DNA from: Octopus vulgaris
Lineage: Eukaryota
Assembly (NCBI GenBank): GCA_951406725.2
Contig: OX597818.1
Span: forward strand, 93,186,001 to 93,250,000
Direction of reading: 5' to 3'
Length of the DNA stretch: 64,000 nt
The translations under genes and the position numbers were made by a program. Below the pieces are notes generated by a model, which saw only the letters and a program-made list of their open reading frames with translations, was not told the DNA's origin and ran no database searches. How positions within the stretch are numbered: the first letter of the stretch is position 1; every line of letters begins with the position of its first letter. Of the stretch, positions 51,887-64,000 are shown piece after piece.

Positions 51887-52374
51887 ACTACTTTAACACA
51901 CACACACCATCATCATCATTATCATTTAACATTTGTTTTCCACGCTGGCATGGGTTGGATAGTTTGACAGGAGCTGGACCAGGTTCCATTGTCTGTTTTG
52001 GTATGATTTCTGCAGCAGGATACCTTCCTAACACCAAATACTTTACAGAGTGTACTGGGTGCTTTTTACATGGCACCAGCATCAGTGCTTTTTACATAAT
52101 ACCATAATGTGTGTGTGTGTGTGTGTGTACTCTTGTCTTGACATCATGTGATAGTTGCAAATGAGCACCAATATCATGCAAGCAATGTTGTCTGTTTCTA
52201 GCATTGTGTGAAAAACACATTTGGCCAAGTATTACCTTACTAGAAATAGGTGAGTTTTGTTGATAAGAAGGCATCCAGCTGTGGAAAACCTGCCTCGGCA
52301 AAGTTTGTCTGACCCATGAAAGCATGGAAAAGTAGATGTTAAATGATGATGATAGAGATGCTCAGAGAATACTA

Positions 52375-52805
52375 TATTGACCACAGTGAGTGTGTTAGCT
52401 GCTTCTGAAATACCGGCCACTGAGAACATTGCATTAACTTCTCGTGTAACACTTCACTGGCCATATGTTAACATATTAACAGCTGTTAATATGTTAACAG
52501 CTGTTCAGACAAGACTTCACTGACCACTGTATATTAACAACTGCTCATAAAACACTCGACTGGCTGTGATGTATTAGCAACTACTGACGGAACATTTTAC
52601 TGACATCAGTTTGTTAATAACTTCACAGTCAACACTGTTTAATAGTGTGTTTACTGTCACTCAACATGGAACACTATGTGTAAACAAACGTTCAAGAAAT
52701 TCTCTACTGACTACAATGTGTTAACAATTGCCTAAGAAATGCTCGACTGAGTATGGTGTGTTAACATCTGTTCAGGTAACTGACCATAGTGTCGACAGAT
52801 GTTCA
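52375..52805. repeat. Degenerate minisatellite, about 39-bp unit
   Basis: Recurring actgacca...gtgttaacaactg...gaacact. Confidence 0.65.
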
Positions 52806-53703
52806 CTACTACCATCATGAATCCTTTCTGTTGAGTAGGACTACAGTGGAGAGGGAATCAGCTAAGATAAAGGATTAAAGTATGAGAGAAAGGGCCAGGA
52901 CAGAACAGGTTTCTTGCTGTAGAAAAGCTACATGGCTAGGAATTCCTTGCCCAATGAAGTAGGTTATATTCATGTAGTGGGAGACAAATTATATTTTTAA
53001 CTCTACATACATTTGATTCTCTCTACTGTAGAAAAAGTTTTCCACAACTCATCAACATTGTTGCTCAAATGGGGAATTCAAAATCTGTGTTTTAATTACT
53101 TATCAATACTTTACTCCTTGGAATGGTATTTAGGTAAGAGTAAGGGTGGGAGTGTGCTGAGTCATCTATGCTTAATTATACTTTGCTTTCTTCATAACAA
53201 TCCTGATGTAATAAATATCCAGATGGTCTATATTTCTGTATGTGTTGTATGAGGGGGATGTACGCATAAGTATTTGTGTATGTAATAGATTTTAGTATAT
53301 TAGTATAAGTTGCCAGGATGTGAGCAGAGGTCAAAAACTTTTCCACCATCTGCACTGAAACAGCTGCCAGAATAGTGTACGTTGCAATAATGGTTTGTAT
53401 AATTGCAGGACTAATGTTTACTAGATACAAGCTTAGATTATTCTGGAATATGGATTTAAAAAAAAAAAGTTCTGGGAACTATTATTATTGAAGAGATACT
53501 GAAGCTGTTATGAATTTATCAACAGTTTGTAACAGAGGTTGAAGTGATTCAGTGTTGTGCAATATAGATACACAAGTCCATAAAGGACCAGAACAACGAT
53601 AATGTTGTACAATATATCATCATCAAATTCGTTTAATATCCATACTCCATGCTGGCATGGGTTGGATGATATATGTATATAGATAGATAGATAAATAAAT
53701 AAA

Positions 53704-53938
53704 TGCGCCCTTTTAAAGCCTAACCAGGCTCATAGGCCCAGTTTCTATGGCGTATGTGTTCCTCAGCTGGATGGGACACCAGTCCATTGCAGCGTTACTC
53801 ATTTTTGCCAGCTGAGTGGACTGGAGCAATGTGAAATGAAGTGTTTTGCGCAAGAACACAACGCGTCGCCCAGTCCAGGAATTGAAACCGCAATTTTACA
53901 ATGATGCTGACACCCAAACCACTAAGCCACGCACCTCC
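53704..53938 (-). mobile_element. SINE family C variant
   Basis: Reverse complement of head ggaggtgcgtggcttagtgg and ttcacattgctccagtccactcagctggc. Confidence 0.8.
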
Positions 53939-54881
53939 ACAGATAGATAGATAGGCATATACATACATGTGTATATTTCTCTCCCTCTCTATGTATGTAT
54001 GTATGTATATATATATATACACACACTCCATCCCCATCACTACCACCTCCATGACCACTATCATCCCTACCACCATCATCCCTACTTAGTAAGAGCTATT
54101 ACTAGGGTCAAAAGTGAAACACGTTAGATGAGTTTCAAATGTCTGATTGTCATTATTTAATAATGAGATTAGTTAAGTCAGTCAGCTCTGAACAAATAAA
54201 GAAAAATACAATACAAAGGTAATACGAGAAAGTAGGTTTCTTGCTTGAATCATCTAGAATGGGTTTAGTAGGTGACAGATAATTACTGTTTTAAGAAGCT
54301 AGCAGATGTAATATTTAACTTCAAACAGCCCCAGGGTAGATGGTAGGGTAGATTATTTATGCACAATTGCCTAATCTGTGTAATCCTTTAAAAGTTATTA
54401 TGAAAACCAAGAAACAGTTTGTTGACAGACATTGATATCGAGGCTGTCGGCTCTGAGGTTGTTTTATAACCTATTTCTGATGAATACAGGGTACATAAAG
54501 GGACAAAGCTTTTGATAAATAACCCCATTACACACTGTTTAGAATAAACAAGCACTTCTCAGATGGAGTTCCCTAGAACTCTTGGGTTCTGCAAGCGGTC
54601 ACTCAAATTAGTTATAAGTAAACCCAACCTCATCTTTCTTAGTGATAAGTGATGCTGATGACATGCAAAAATCAACCAGAACAATCTCTGAAGTAGCAGA
54701 CATTGGATAACAGTGCAGTTCTCTGACTCATTGGATCCTCTTAAACCAGCCAACTCATGCTAGCATGGAAAACATTCAATGACAACCACGATGCTGACAT
54801 AAATGATGGTAATGATGACAATGGTGATAATTACTGTATTTTAACGTGTATAAGGAAACCCCTAATTTTGGGGGCTTAAAA

Positions 54882-55065
54882 TTCTCGGCCTTTTGGCTAA
54901 GATCAAAGTGTAGTATCTGTTCTTATCAGCTTAATATCTGATATGGTCCCTATTTGGTGCCATCGATATTAAACTGATTTTTAGAACAAGGCGAAGTGTT
55001 AGGGGCTTGCTCTGCCTTTGCCACGGGTTGGCCTAGTATTGCAGTGCTTCCAGGATTCATCCCAC
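54882..55065 (+). pseudogene. U2: U2 snRNA retropseudogene (lacks the first ~5 nt)
   Basis: ttctcggccttttggctaagatcaaagtgtagtatctgttcttatcag...Sm site gatttttag...tattgcagt; flanked by taaaatt direct repeats (54877-54883, 55070-55076). Confidence 0.93.
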
Positions 55066-55078
55066 ATTCTAAAATTAT

Positions 55079-55490
55079 AGGCACAGGAGTGGCTGTGTGA
55101 TAAGTAGCTTGCTTACCAACCACATGGTTCCGGGTTCAGTCCCACTGCATGGCACCTTGGGCAAGTGTCTTCTACTATAGCCTCAGGCCGACCAAAAGCT
55201 TGTGAGTGGATTTGGTAGACAGAAACTGAAAGAAGCCCATCGTATATATGTGTATATATATGTATGTGTGTGTATATGTTTGTGTGTCTGTGTTTGTCCC
55301 CCCAACATTGCTTGACAACCAATGCTGGTGTGTTTACATCTCCGTAACTTAGTGGTTCGGCAAAAGAGACTGATAGAATAAGTACTAGGCTTACAAAGAA
55401 TAACTCCTGGGGTCGATTTGCTCAACTAAAGGTGGTGCTCCAGCATGGCCGCAGTCAAATGACTGAAACAAGTAAAAGAGTAAAAAAGTA
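55079..55490 (+). mobile_element. SINE family A, full length, CpG-decayed
   Basis: Matches 3136-3560. Confidence 0.9.
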
Positions 55491-55841
55491 AGGGATTATA
55501 ATACTATCCGTGTATAAGAAACTCCCATTATTTTTTAACCTAATTTTTGACAAAAAAAAAGGGGTTCTTTATACATGTTAAAATACAGTATATGCGAATG
55601 CATGTTCAGGCCATTTTTGTGTTTTATTTTATATTCTTAATTTTATTATACATGCACAGCATATTCCCTAAGGTAGGGAAATCTAGACATAAGGAGGCCT
55701 AACGAGGAAAGATGAACTCTTAATAGGGAATTTGGTCTAAACAAGATTTTGATTAAGATACAAACTTTTTAACCTTCTTTGTAACATTTAACAGATCTAA
55801 CACCTCCAAACATTTGAAAGGTAGTTATGTGGTTTATTTAA

Positions 55842-56021
55842 CCCTTTCATTACCATATTTCTGTTGAAATACACTGCTTTTGTTTCAATCAATTTTGAAA
55901 TTAGTGAAGTATTTAATAGATTTGTCACTAATAAGCTGGGTTTTGATTTAAATCACTTTGAAGCATACAGTATTACATCATAGAATCAGGAGCAGTCCCA
56001 GAAGGGTAGGTATGAAAAGGG
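55842..56021. mobile_element. piggyBac-type MITE
   Basis: ttaa|ccctttcattacc ... ggtatgaaaaggg. Confidence 0.6.
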
Positions 56022-56044
56022 CTAGGCTCTTTATCAAAGAAAAA

Positions 56045-56402
56045 AGGAGTCGCTGTGTGCTAAGTAACTTGCTTATGAACCACACAGTCCCTTGTTCAGT
56101 CTCACTGCATGGCACCTTAGATAAGTGTCTTGTGAGTGGATTTGGTAGACGGAAACTGAAAGAAGCTCGTCGTATATATGTGTGTGTGTGTTTGTGTCTG
56201 TGTTTGTCCTCCTAGCATTGCTTGACAGCCAATGCTGGTGTGTTTATGTCTCCATCACTTAGCGGTTCAGCAAAAGAGACCAATAGAATAAGTACTAGGC
56301 TTACAAAGAATAAGTCCTGGGGTCGATTTACTCGACTAAAGGTGGTGCTCCAGCATGGCCTCAGTCAAATGACTGAAACAAGTAAGAGAGTAAGAGTAAA
56401 AG
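56045..56402 (+). mobile_element. SINE family A
   Basis: Matches the family A body and tail. Confidence 0.85.
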
Positions 56403-56747
56403 AGAGTGATAATAACTTTTATGTTGGGGTTTCTAGAAACAAGAAATATATTTCAAGGGTCTCCCAAGTCTAAAAACTCTGGGAAAAGTTACACTACAGC
56501 TGGTTGTATATCTTCTGTCTTTTAGTCATTGGACTGCAGATATACTGGGGCCTTGAAGTTACATGGATACAAACAAACCAACACTGGTTATCAAGTTGTG
56601 GTGGAGGACAAATACAACAAATACACAGGCACACACATATAGATATATGCATATCTTTTAATTGTGTCAGTTTTTGGACTATGGCTATGCTGGAGCTCTG
56701 CATTCAAGGGTTTAGTTGAGCAAATCATTACCAGTACTTATTTTCAA

Positions 56748-57445
56748 CATTGTTTACATTATTTACATTTGACAGATATTTGTCCTCATCTTGTTAGTTG
56801 TTAACACAATGTTTTGGCTGATATACCCTCCAGCCTTCTTCAGGTGTCTTGGGGAAATTTCGAACCTGGGTTCTCACTCCTAAGGTATTTTTCGATGTTG
56901 TTGTTATTATTATTATTATTATTATCATCATCATCATCATTATTATGGACGTGAATACACCAGCATCAGTTGTCAAGCGATGTTGGGGGGACAAACACAC
57001 ACACACAAACATATACACACACACACGATGGGCTTCTTTCAGTTTCCATTTACCAAATCCACTCACAAGGCTTTGGTTGGCCTGAGGCTATAGTAGGAGA
57101 CACTTGCCGAAGGTGCCATGCAGTGGGACTGAACCTGGAACCATGTGGTTCGTAAGCAAGCAACTTACCACACAGCCACTCCTGTGCCTGGAATCAAACT
57201 TGGAATCTTGGGGTTAGTAGCCCACGCTTTTAACCACTAATAATAATAATAACAACAACAACATTGAAAAATACCTTAGAAATGAGAACCCAGGTTCGAA
57301 ATTTCCCCAAGACACCTGATAAAGGCTGGAAGGTATATCAGCCAAAACGTTGTGTTAACAACAAACAAGGTGAGGACAAATATCCATCAATTGTAAATAA
57401 TTTAAATAATGTACATAATTCCTCATCTCTTAAATACAGAACTAT
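56748..57445. mobile_element. Head-to-head family H2 pair (hammerhead motifs 56803-56848 - and 57311-57356 +) with a family A SINE (56947-57189, -) in the centre
   Basis: Same arms as 16053-16497; left arm 3'-truncated. Confidence 0.85.
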
Positions 57446-58131
57446 ACTTATTTTCAAGTTTGGTACATAGTCAATCAGTCTCTTATTGCTGAACCACAAA
57501 GTTACCAAGACATAAACACGCCAATACCAGTTGTCAAGTGTTGATGGGGAGAGACACACACACACACACACACAATGGGCTTCTCCCAGCGACCAAATCC
57601 ACTCAGAAAGCTTTGGTTGGCCTGGGGCTATAGAAACACTTGCCCAAGGTACTGTGCAGTGGGACTGAACCCATGACCACATAGTTAGAAGCAAGCTTCT
57701 CAGCCTCATAGCCACACCTGGATCTATACACACACTCACACACATATTAGGTAACAATAATGACCAAGCCACCCACCTTGTTTCTTTTTCAATAAAGGTA
57801 TTTCAGGAATGGACTACCCCCACCACACACAGACACACACACACAAGTATAAACTTGCATATGCTCACACTCCTAAATATACACAAGTGTATCTTTTAGC
57901 ATACAACTTCTTGCTTCTGATATCCTCATTCACCTATGGGTGTGCCAAACAGCCATCCATCCATACACACACATAGATGCACTCATATCTTCTACACACA
58001 AATACCTCCCTTTACACTACTGTAATCACTATTGTTATACTACCACAACCACCACCATCAATGCAACCACTTCCATTATAAGCATACTCATCATCATCAT
58101 TTTAATGTCCACTTTTCCATGCTTGTATGAA

Positions 58132-58400
58132 GGAGGCACATGGCCTAGTGGTTAGAGCAGTGGACTCGCAGTTGAGGGATGGCGGGTTCGAATCTCAGAC
58201 CAGGTGATGTGTGTGTTATGAGCGAAGCACCTAAGCTCTACGCAGCTCCAGCAGAAGTAATGGCGAACTTCTGCTGACTCTTTCCTCCTGCATCTTGCAG
58301 CTCACCTGCAACGGACCGGCGTCCCGTCCAGGTGGGGAACCTATATGCCAAGGAGATCGGGAAACCAGCCCTATGAGCCAGGCATGGCTCGAGAAGGAAC
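58132..58400 (+). mobile_element. tRNA-derived SINE (family E-related head)
   Basis: ggaggcacatggcctagtggttagagcagtggactcgcag...ggttcgaatc. Confidence 0.8.
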
Positions 58401-58739
58401 AAACATGCTTGTATGAGTTGGATGGAGTTTATTAAGACAGATTTTCTACAGCCAGATGTTCTTCCTGTCTCCATCCCTCATCTGTTTCCAAACAAGGTAA
58501 TATTTCCCCATGGCCAGACATGTACTTGCAGGACTTTGGGAATGACATTGCTTACAAGACAATGACATCCATTTTACAACACTCATGTGATGTTGAGACA
58601 AAGACACACACATGCACACACACATATACATGCACGCACACACACATACATGTAAACACACATACATGCAAACACACATACATGCAAACATACATACACA
58701 CACGCACACACATACATACACACACCTGAACTTCCTTCC

Positions 58740-58978
58740 ATTTCTTATTTCATTACTACTCACAAGGGGCTACACACAGAGGGGACAAAGAAGGAGAGAC
58801 AAACAGATTAAGTCGATTATATTGACCCCAGTGCGTAACTGGTACTTATTTAATCGACCCCGAAAGGATGAAAGACAAAGTTGACCTCGGCGGAATTTGA
58901 ACTCAGAATGTAACGGCAGACGAAATACCGCTAAGCATTTCGCCTGGCATGCTAACATTTCTGCCAGATCGCCGCCTT
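58740..58978 (-). mobile_element. SINE family D
   Basis: Matches 42841-43078. Confidence 0.85.
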
Positions 58979-59640
58979 CCATTTCTGTCTATCAAATCTA
59001 CTCAGAAGGTTTGGTCAACCTGGCTATAGTAGAAGACACTTGCCCAAGGTACCATGCAGTGGGACTGAACCCAGAACCAAGTAGATGAAAGCAAACTTCT
59101 TATCACACAGCCATGCCTGCACCTACAATCTTCACCATGATTACCACCAAAACAACACCGGCACACCTACCATTATCTGAAAGGGATCCCACTTCCTCTG
59201 CTTTTGTACAAAACTAAAACCAATGCTTCTTTACTAATTACCACCCCACCCAATATTTTCCAGTAATATGATGTGATGAAGGTGAGGAACCATGTACAAA
59301 CCCTCTTCCTATTACTACAGGGATGGAGGTGAATTCTTTAGTGGGGTCAGATAGCTAATATTTTCTTCCCCTCACATATCTGTTCCCTCCCACGCTAGTG
59401 CAACTATCTAAATAATTAGACAATTAAGGGACCAGTAAGAAAGTTTTTCTAAGTGGTGTCTCATTAACTTAATTTGTCTCATGTTAGGGTTTGATGTTCA
59501 TGCCTTCTGTTTCACACACTTAAAGCTTCAACATCTAGCAGCTGACTTTGTAGAAGCCTACAAGATGATCCACCATCTTCCCAAAATCAACTCTGGTCCC
59601 ATTTTTTAATTCAGTATCTTTATTTCACATGGACTTGCTT

Positions 59641-59879
59641 CATCATCATCATCATCATCATTTAGCGTCCGCTTTCCATGCTAGCATGGGTTGGACGGTT
59701 CAACTGGGGTCTGGGAAACCAGAAGGCTGCACCAGGCCCAGTCTGATCTGGCAATGTTTCTACGGCTGGATGCCCTTCCTAACGCCAACCACTCCGTGAG
59801 TGTAGTGGGTGCTTTTTATGTGCCAGACGGGGCTGGCAAACGGCCACGGTCAGATGGTGCTTTTTACGTGCCACCGGCA
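59641..59879 (-). mobile_element. SINE family B
   Basis: (cat)n followed by the reverse complement of the family B tail. Confidence 0.85.
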
Positions 59880-60227
59880 TAAAATAAAAAATCAGTGTAA
59901 TATTCAATATATATATATATATATATATATATTTAATCATCATCATCATCATTGTTTATTTGCTTTCCATGTTGGCATGAGTTGAGGCTTCATGTATTTG
60001 CCAGTAGGCTGTGATTTGGTCGCATGGCACTGAGCGTTAAAGCACTTGAAAGTTATGGACAGGTAAGGTCTGTCTTATCTGACCATAGCTTTCAGGTGTT
60101 TTAACAGTCAGTGCTTTGAGAGAGTATTCTCCATCTCACCAAATTGCAGCATTATATACATGCATTATATGTGGTTGATAATGTTTATTACAGTGGCACT
60201 GCTATTATTTCATCATTTGCCATGATA

Positions 60228-60410
60228 GATTGCTAGCTACTATACCCTTTTCTATTTTCTCTCCCTGTTTATTTCTGTCTTCCTTTCTGTTGAAGAGCGT
60301 AAGCTTGAAACATAAAAGACTTTCTCACTTCCCAAGCATTAAACTAATACATCTGTTTGTTATTTACACAACCATCTTTGTCTTGTTTTTTTTGTTAATT
60401 CTCACTATAT
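60228..60410 (+). mobile_element. Family H1 element (motif 60283-60318)
   Basis: cttt ctgttgaa gagc gtaa gctt gaaa ca ta aaag. Confidence 0.8.
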
Positions 60411-60514
60411 ATATATATATCCCTCTCTCTCTTTCGGAGAGGCACTGAGCAGCTATACGCACACATACACACACGGCAGTAACTTCCACCTACCGAATTC
60501 AATCACAAAGCTTC

Positions 60515-60554
<40 letters not shown>

Positions 60555-61112
60555 TGCATATATTTCTATTTTACTGTTAATTATTCAGAATAATTGGTTC
60601 AAATATGAACAACAGCATGTCAGTTGTGTTTAAACGAATTAAGCTGTATAATTAATTGTAAAAATAAATAAAAAGTATAGATGTGCCATTGTCTACATCC
60701 AATGTAATTGTCTTGGATTTACACTCCCCAAGATAGTGAAGCAAATCCAGGATTTACCCATTGGATGAACTGCAGTGGGATTGCTCACCCTTGATGGTCC
60801 CTACTATTCAATGTGGTGAGAGTGAACCCAGATTGTAACTGTGTACTCATATGGTACCCACCTGGATAATTTATCACTATATACTCATTATTGATATATG
60901 TGTGTGTGTGTGTATTAGTCAATGTCAGTTGTTTTCAGCTGTAGGCGTACAGAGTCTTCTGGCAAGTTATAACTCTGAGTAGCACGAGACTGACTAGACC
61001 AAAATAAAAATATCATTTTCTACTGCAGTATCTAGACCTCTTTCTTCTGACAGTCAACACACTAAGCTGATGTATAGTGTTGACCTTTGAGATGCAATAC
61101 AAAAGTATATAA

Positions 61113-61171
<59 letters not shown>

Positions 61172-61176
<5 letters not shown>

Positions 61177-62314
61177 ATGACAGAAGTAAATAGACACCCT
61201 TATAATAATGAATATTTATCTAAATCTGAAATTATACATTCAAATTATTTATTAATTGTTATAATGCAAATATTTAATACTTAGTTGACATGCCCTTTGC
61301 ATTTTCCAATGCATAGACCCTATTAAGTATGTTACTGATCAGATGATGAATATTCTCTTGCAGAATTTCTTGCCCCAAGTTTCATGCAGTAATCTCAAAA
61401 GATCTGGCTTTTACGAAATGTCCTGCCCATTATGCCTTAGAGGTGTTCAATAGGATTCATATCTGGTGACTGGCTTGGCCATGGAAGCTTTTTAATGCCA
61501 TTCTCACCCAACAAATCTTGGGTCATCCTAGCCATGTGACAAAGAGCACCATCTTCCATAAGTAAAGAGTCTTCTTTTATCATTTCACTAGTGGAGAATA
61601 TTGGAAGTTCTTTCCGTAATATGAACACATATTTATCTGAGTTTATGTTTCCCCCTCACTTCACCAGCTCTGATCAACCATTGCTCCAAATTGTTCCCCA
61701 GACCACCACAGAATAGCTGCTGTATTTCATCGTTGGCTGTAATCTTTTCACATCAAATTCTTATCACAAAGTCTCCAGACCCACACTCAACCACTGTCAA
61801 GAAATACAGCAAATCTGGAGTCATCAGAAAATATGACAGTCCCAAAATGCTAATGGCCTCTCCACCATCTCACTGGCCCAATCATTTTTCTACTGAAACT
61901 GACATTAACTTGTTCTGCAATGTCAGAGGCCTTGCAATGAAGATTATCCTCCACATTTCTCTAAGCTAAAGAAAGATTCTGTCAGAGGGCCCTAGTTGAT
62001 CTGGGCAAGGTGATGTGGACTTCTTCCTCTCTCTCTCTCTGGTGAATTGCACAATCACTCTATTAACTGTAGAAAGTGGGATTCCGAGGCTTTCTGCTAT
62101 TTTATGCAATGTCCACATTCAGAATGACTCACAATATGGCCTCTTTGAAATTCAGGCAGTTCCAAGGCTTCTTTTGTACATGGTATGATTAAACAGTCAT
62201 ATATATAAGCTGAAACATAAAAATGTCATTTAATAAAAAATATAAACTTTTACAAAGTTAGAATAAACATAAAATGAAGTTTTATGGAGTATGTATTTAC
62301 TTCTGTCATGTGTA
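61172..62314 (-). mobile_element. Decayed Tc1-family (DD34E) transposon with both TIRs
   Basis: TIRs catgacagaagtaaata / tatttacttctgtcatg; minus-strand EFQRGHIV...[16 protein letters not shown] and MEDGALCH...WPSQSPDMNPIEHL. Confidence 0.9.
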
Positions 62315-62349
62315 TGTGAGTGTGTGTGTGTGTATATATATATATGTAT

Positions 62350-62739
62350 ACTCTTTACTCTTACTCATTTGACTGTGGCCATGCTGGAGCATCACCTCTT
62401 AGTCGAGCAAATCAACTCCAGGACCTATTCTTTGTAAGTCTAGTACTTATTCTATTGGTCTCTTTTGTTGAACCACTAAGTTACGGGGACGTAAACACAC
62501 TAGCATCGGTTGTCAAGCGATGTTGGGGGGACAAACACAGACACACAAACATATACACACACACACATATATATACGATGGGATTCTTTCAGTTTCCGTC
62601 TACCAAATCCACTCACAAGGCTTTGGTCGGCCTGAGGCTAAAGTAGCAGACACTTGCTGAAGGTGCCATGCAGTGAGACTGAACCCGGAACCATGTGGTT
62701 CGTAAGCAAGCTACTTACCACACAGCCACTCCTACGCCT
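62350..62739 (-). mobile_element. SINE family A, full length
   Basis: Reverse complement of 3136-3560. Confidence 0.9.
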
Positions 62740-63412
62740 ATATATATATAGCTTTGTGATATAAACAGGAAAATAAAACTCAAAACCTGATAGTATACAT
62801 ATTTTTTTATTAATTGCCAAAAAAAAAAAACCAAGTGACTCAAGGTCTGAGATTTTCAAGTATTGACACTTATCCAACTGGTTTCAAAACTTTAGGGATT
62901 GCTTTTGTAGAGATCAACTAAAATGATAAAGTAATTCCATCCAAAGTGTTCTTGGAAAAAAAAAATTATGTAAGCAATATGCATGTATTTGATTTTATCT
63001 TTGCACAGACATCCAATCAAATACTATCTTATTTTCGTTTTCAGAATATTCTTAATGGCATTTTTTTGCTTCATGCCTTCAAATTTCATTCACCAATTGG
63101 AAATGAGAAAATCAGTCATGAAATTTTAAGTTCCATCTTCAATAAATATATCTTGACACTCCACTTTCAATATCAAGTACTATCTCATTTTTTTTTTCAC
63201 TTATGTTCTTATACACACACACACATGCAAATGTATCAACATCATTATCATCATGATCAAGCATGGCTGTGGGGTTGGGTTGGGAATCTTGCATCCTAGT
63301 TCATGTGGTCTTGGTTTCAGTCCTACTGCATGGCACCTGAGGAAAGTGTTTTTTCCTATGGCCCTGTGGGTTTGTGAGTGGATTTAGTTGATGGTAACTG
63401 AAAAAAGCTCAT

Positions 63413-63477
<65 letters not shown>

Positions 63478-63515
63478 CATACATACGTACATCTTTTATA
63501 CGTATATGTATATAT

Positions 63516-63834
63516 GGGTACAGGATGTCACAAAATGTAAACAACATGAAATATGAAGACAAACTGCGGTATGCAAACAACAAGAAAAACAAATGGGAAA
63601 CGAGACAAGTAACATAAAGAACGACCCTTCATCAGTTGTCCGCTGTCCATCTGCTCCTCATTTCGAGCAATCATCATTAACTGCTCGAAATGAGGAGCAG
63701 ATGGACAGCTGACAACTGATGAAGGGTCGTTCTTTATGTTACTTGTCTTGTTTTCCATTTGTTTCTCTCATAGTTCGCAGACAAAATCTTGTCTTCGTAT
63801 TTCATGTTACTTACATTTCGTGACGTCCTGTACC
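63516..63834. repeat. Palindrome of a Penelope-like short element, about 150-bp arms
   Basis: Centre tttcgagca-atcatcattaac-tgctcgaaa; extra inverted copy of the left terminus at 63939-63974. Confidence 0.9.
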
Positions 63835-63879
63835 GATATATGCATGTATATATATATATATATATATATATACATACAT

Positions 63880-63931
<52 letters not shown>

Positions 63932-64000
63932 ATATATATGTTGTTTACATTTTGTGACATCCTGTACCCATATATAGATATATATAGATATAGATATATT

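Larger units (their letters stand above)
54834..55588. mobile_element. Tc1/pogo-type MITE carrying a nested U2 retrocopy and SINE
   Basis: ta|ctgtattttaacgtgtataa ... ttatacatgttaaaatacag|ta. Confidence 0.8.

Noticed and set aside
52375-52805. Repeat-spacer-like periodicity suggesting a CRISPR array
   Set aside because: A degenerate minisatellite without constant repeats or unique spacers, in eukaryotic context with no cas genes.
54882-55065. Functional U2 snRNA gene
   Set aside because: 5' nucleotides are missing, it is TSD-flanked inside a MITE and has no upstream promoter context.

Overview
AT-rich, repeat-dominated animal genomic DNA. The SINE families and dense (TA)n/(CA)n/(ATC)n microsatellites look like an Octopus (coleoid cephalopod) genome; this is my recognition, not a database match. 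Only one convincing host coding exon is present: 34390-34593 (+), an N-terminal SH3 domain ending in a CAG|GTAAGT donor, so most sequence downstream is probably intron. The rest is mobile-element debris: several tRNA-derived and RTE-tailed SINE families, two full-length decayed Tc1 (DD34E) elements, a rearranged DD41D remnant, two Helitrons, MITEs, Tx1/L1-, RTE-, HERO- and Penelope-type remnants, and a retroposed U2 snRNA copy. Two things stand out. (1) Several short Penelope-like families carry minimal hammerhead ribozyme motifs, including a 7-copy variant whose copy-to-copy variation follows hammerhead rules. (2) About a dozen local fold-back inverted duplications occur, and the retroelement-derived ones share one polarity; some copy flanking genomic DNA. 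A CpG-retaining domain (~22.5-50 kb) lies between two CpG-decayed domains. Coordinates were read by eye and repeat boundaries are approximate.
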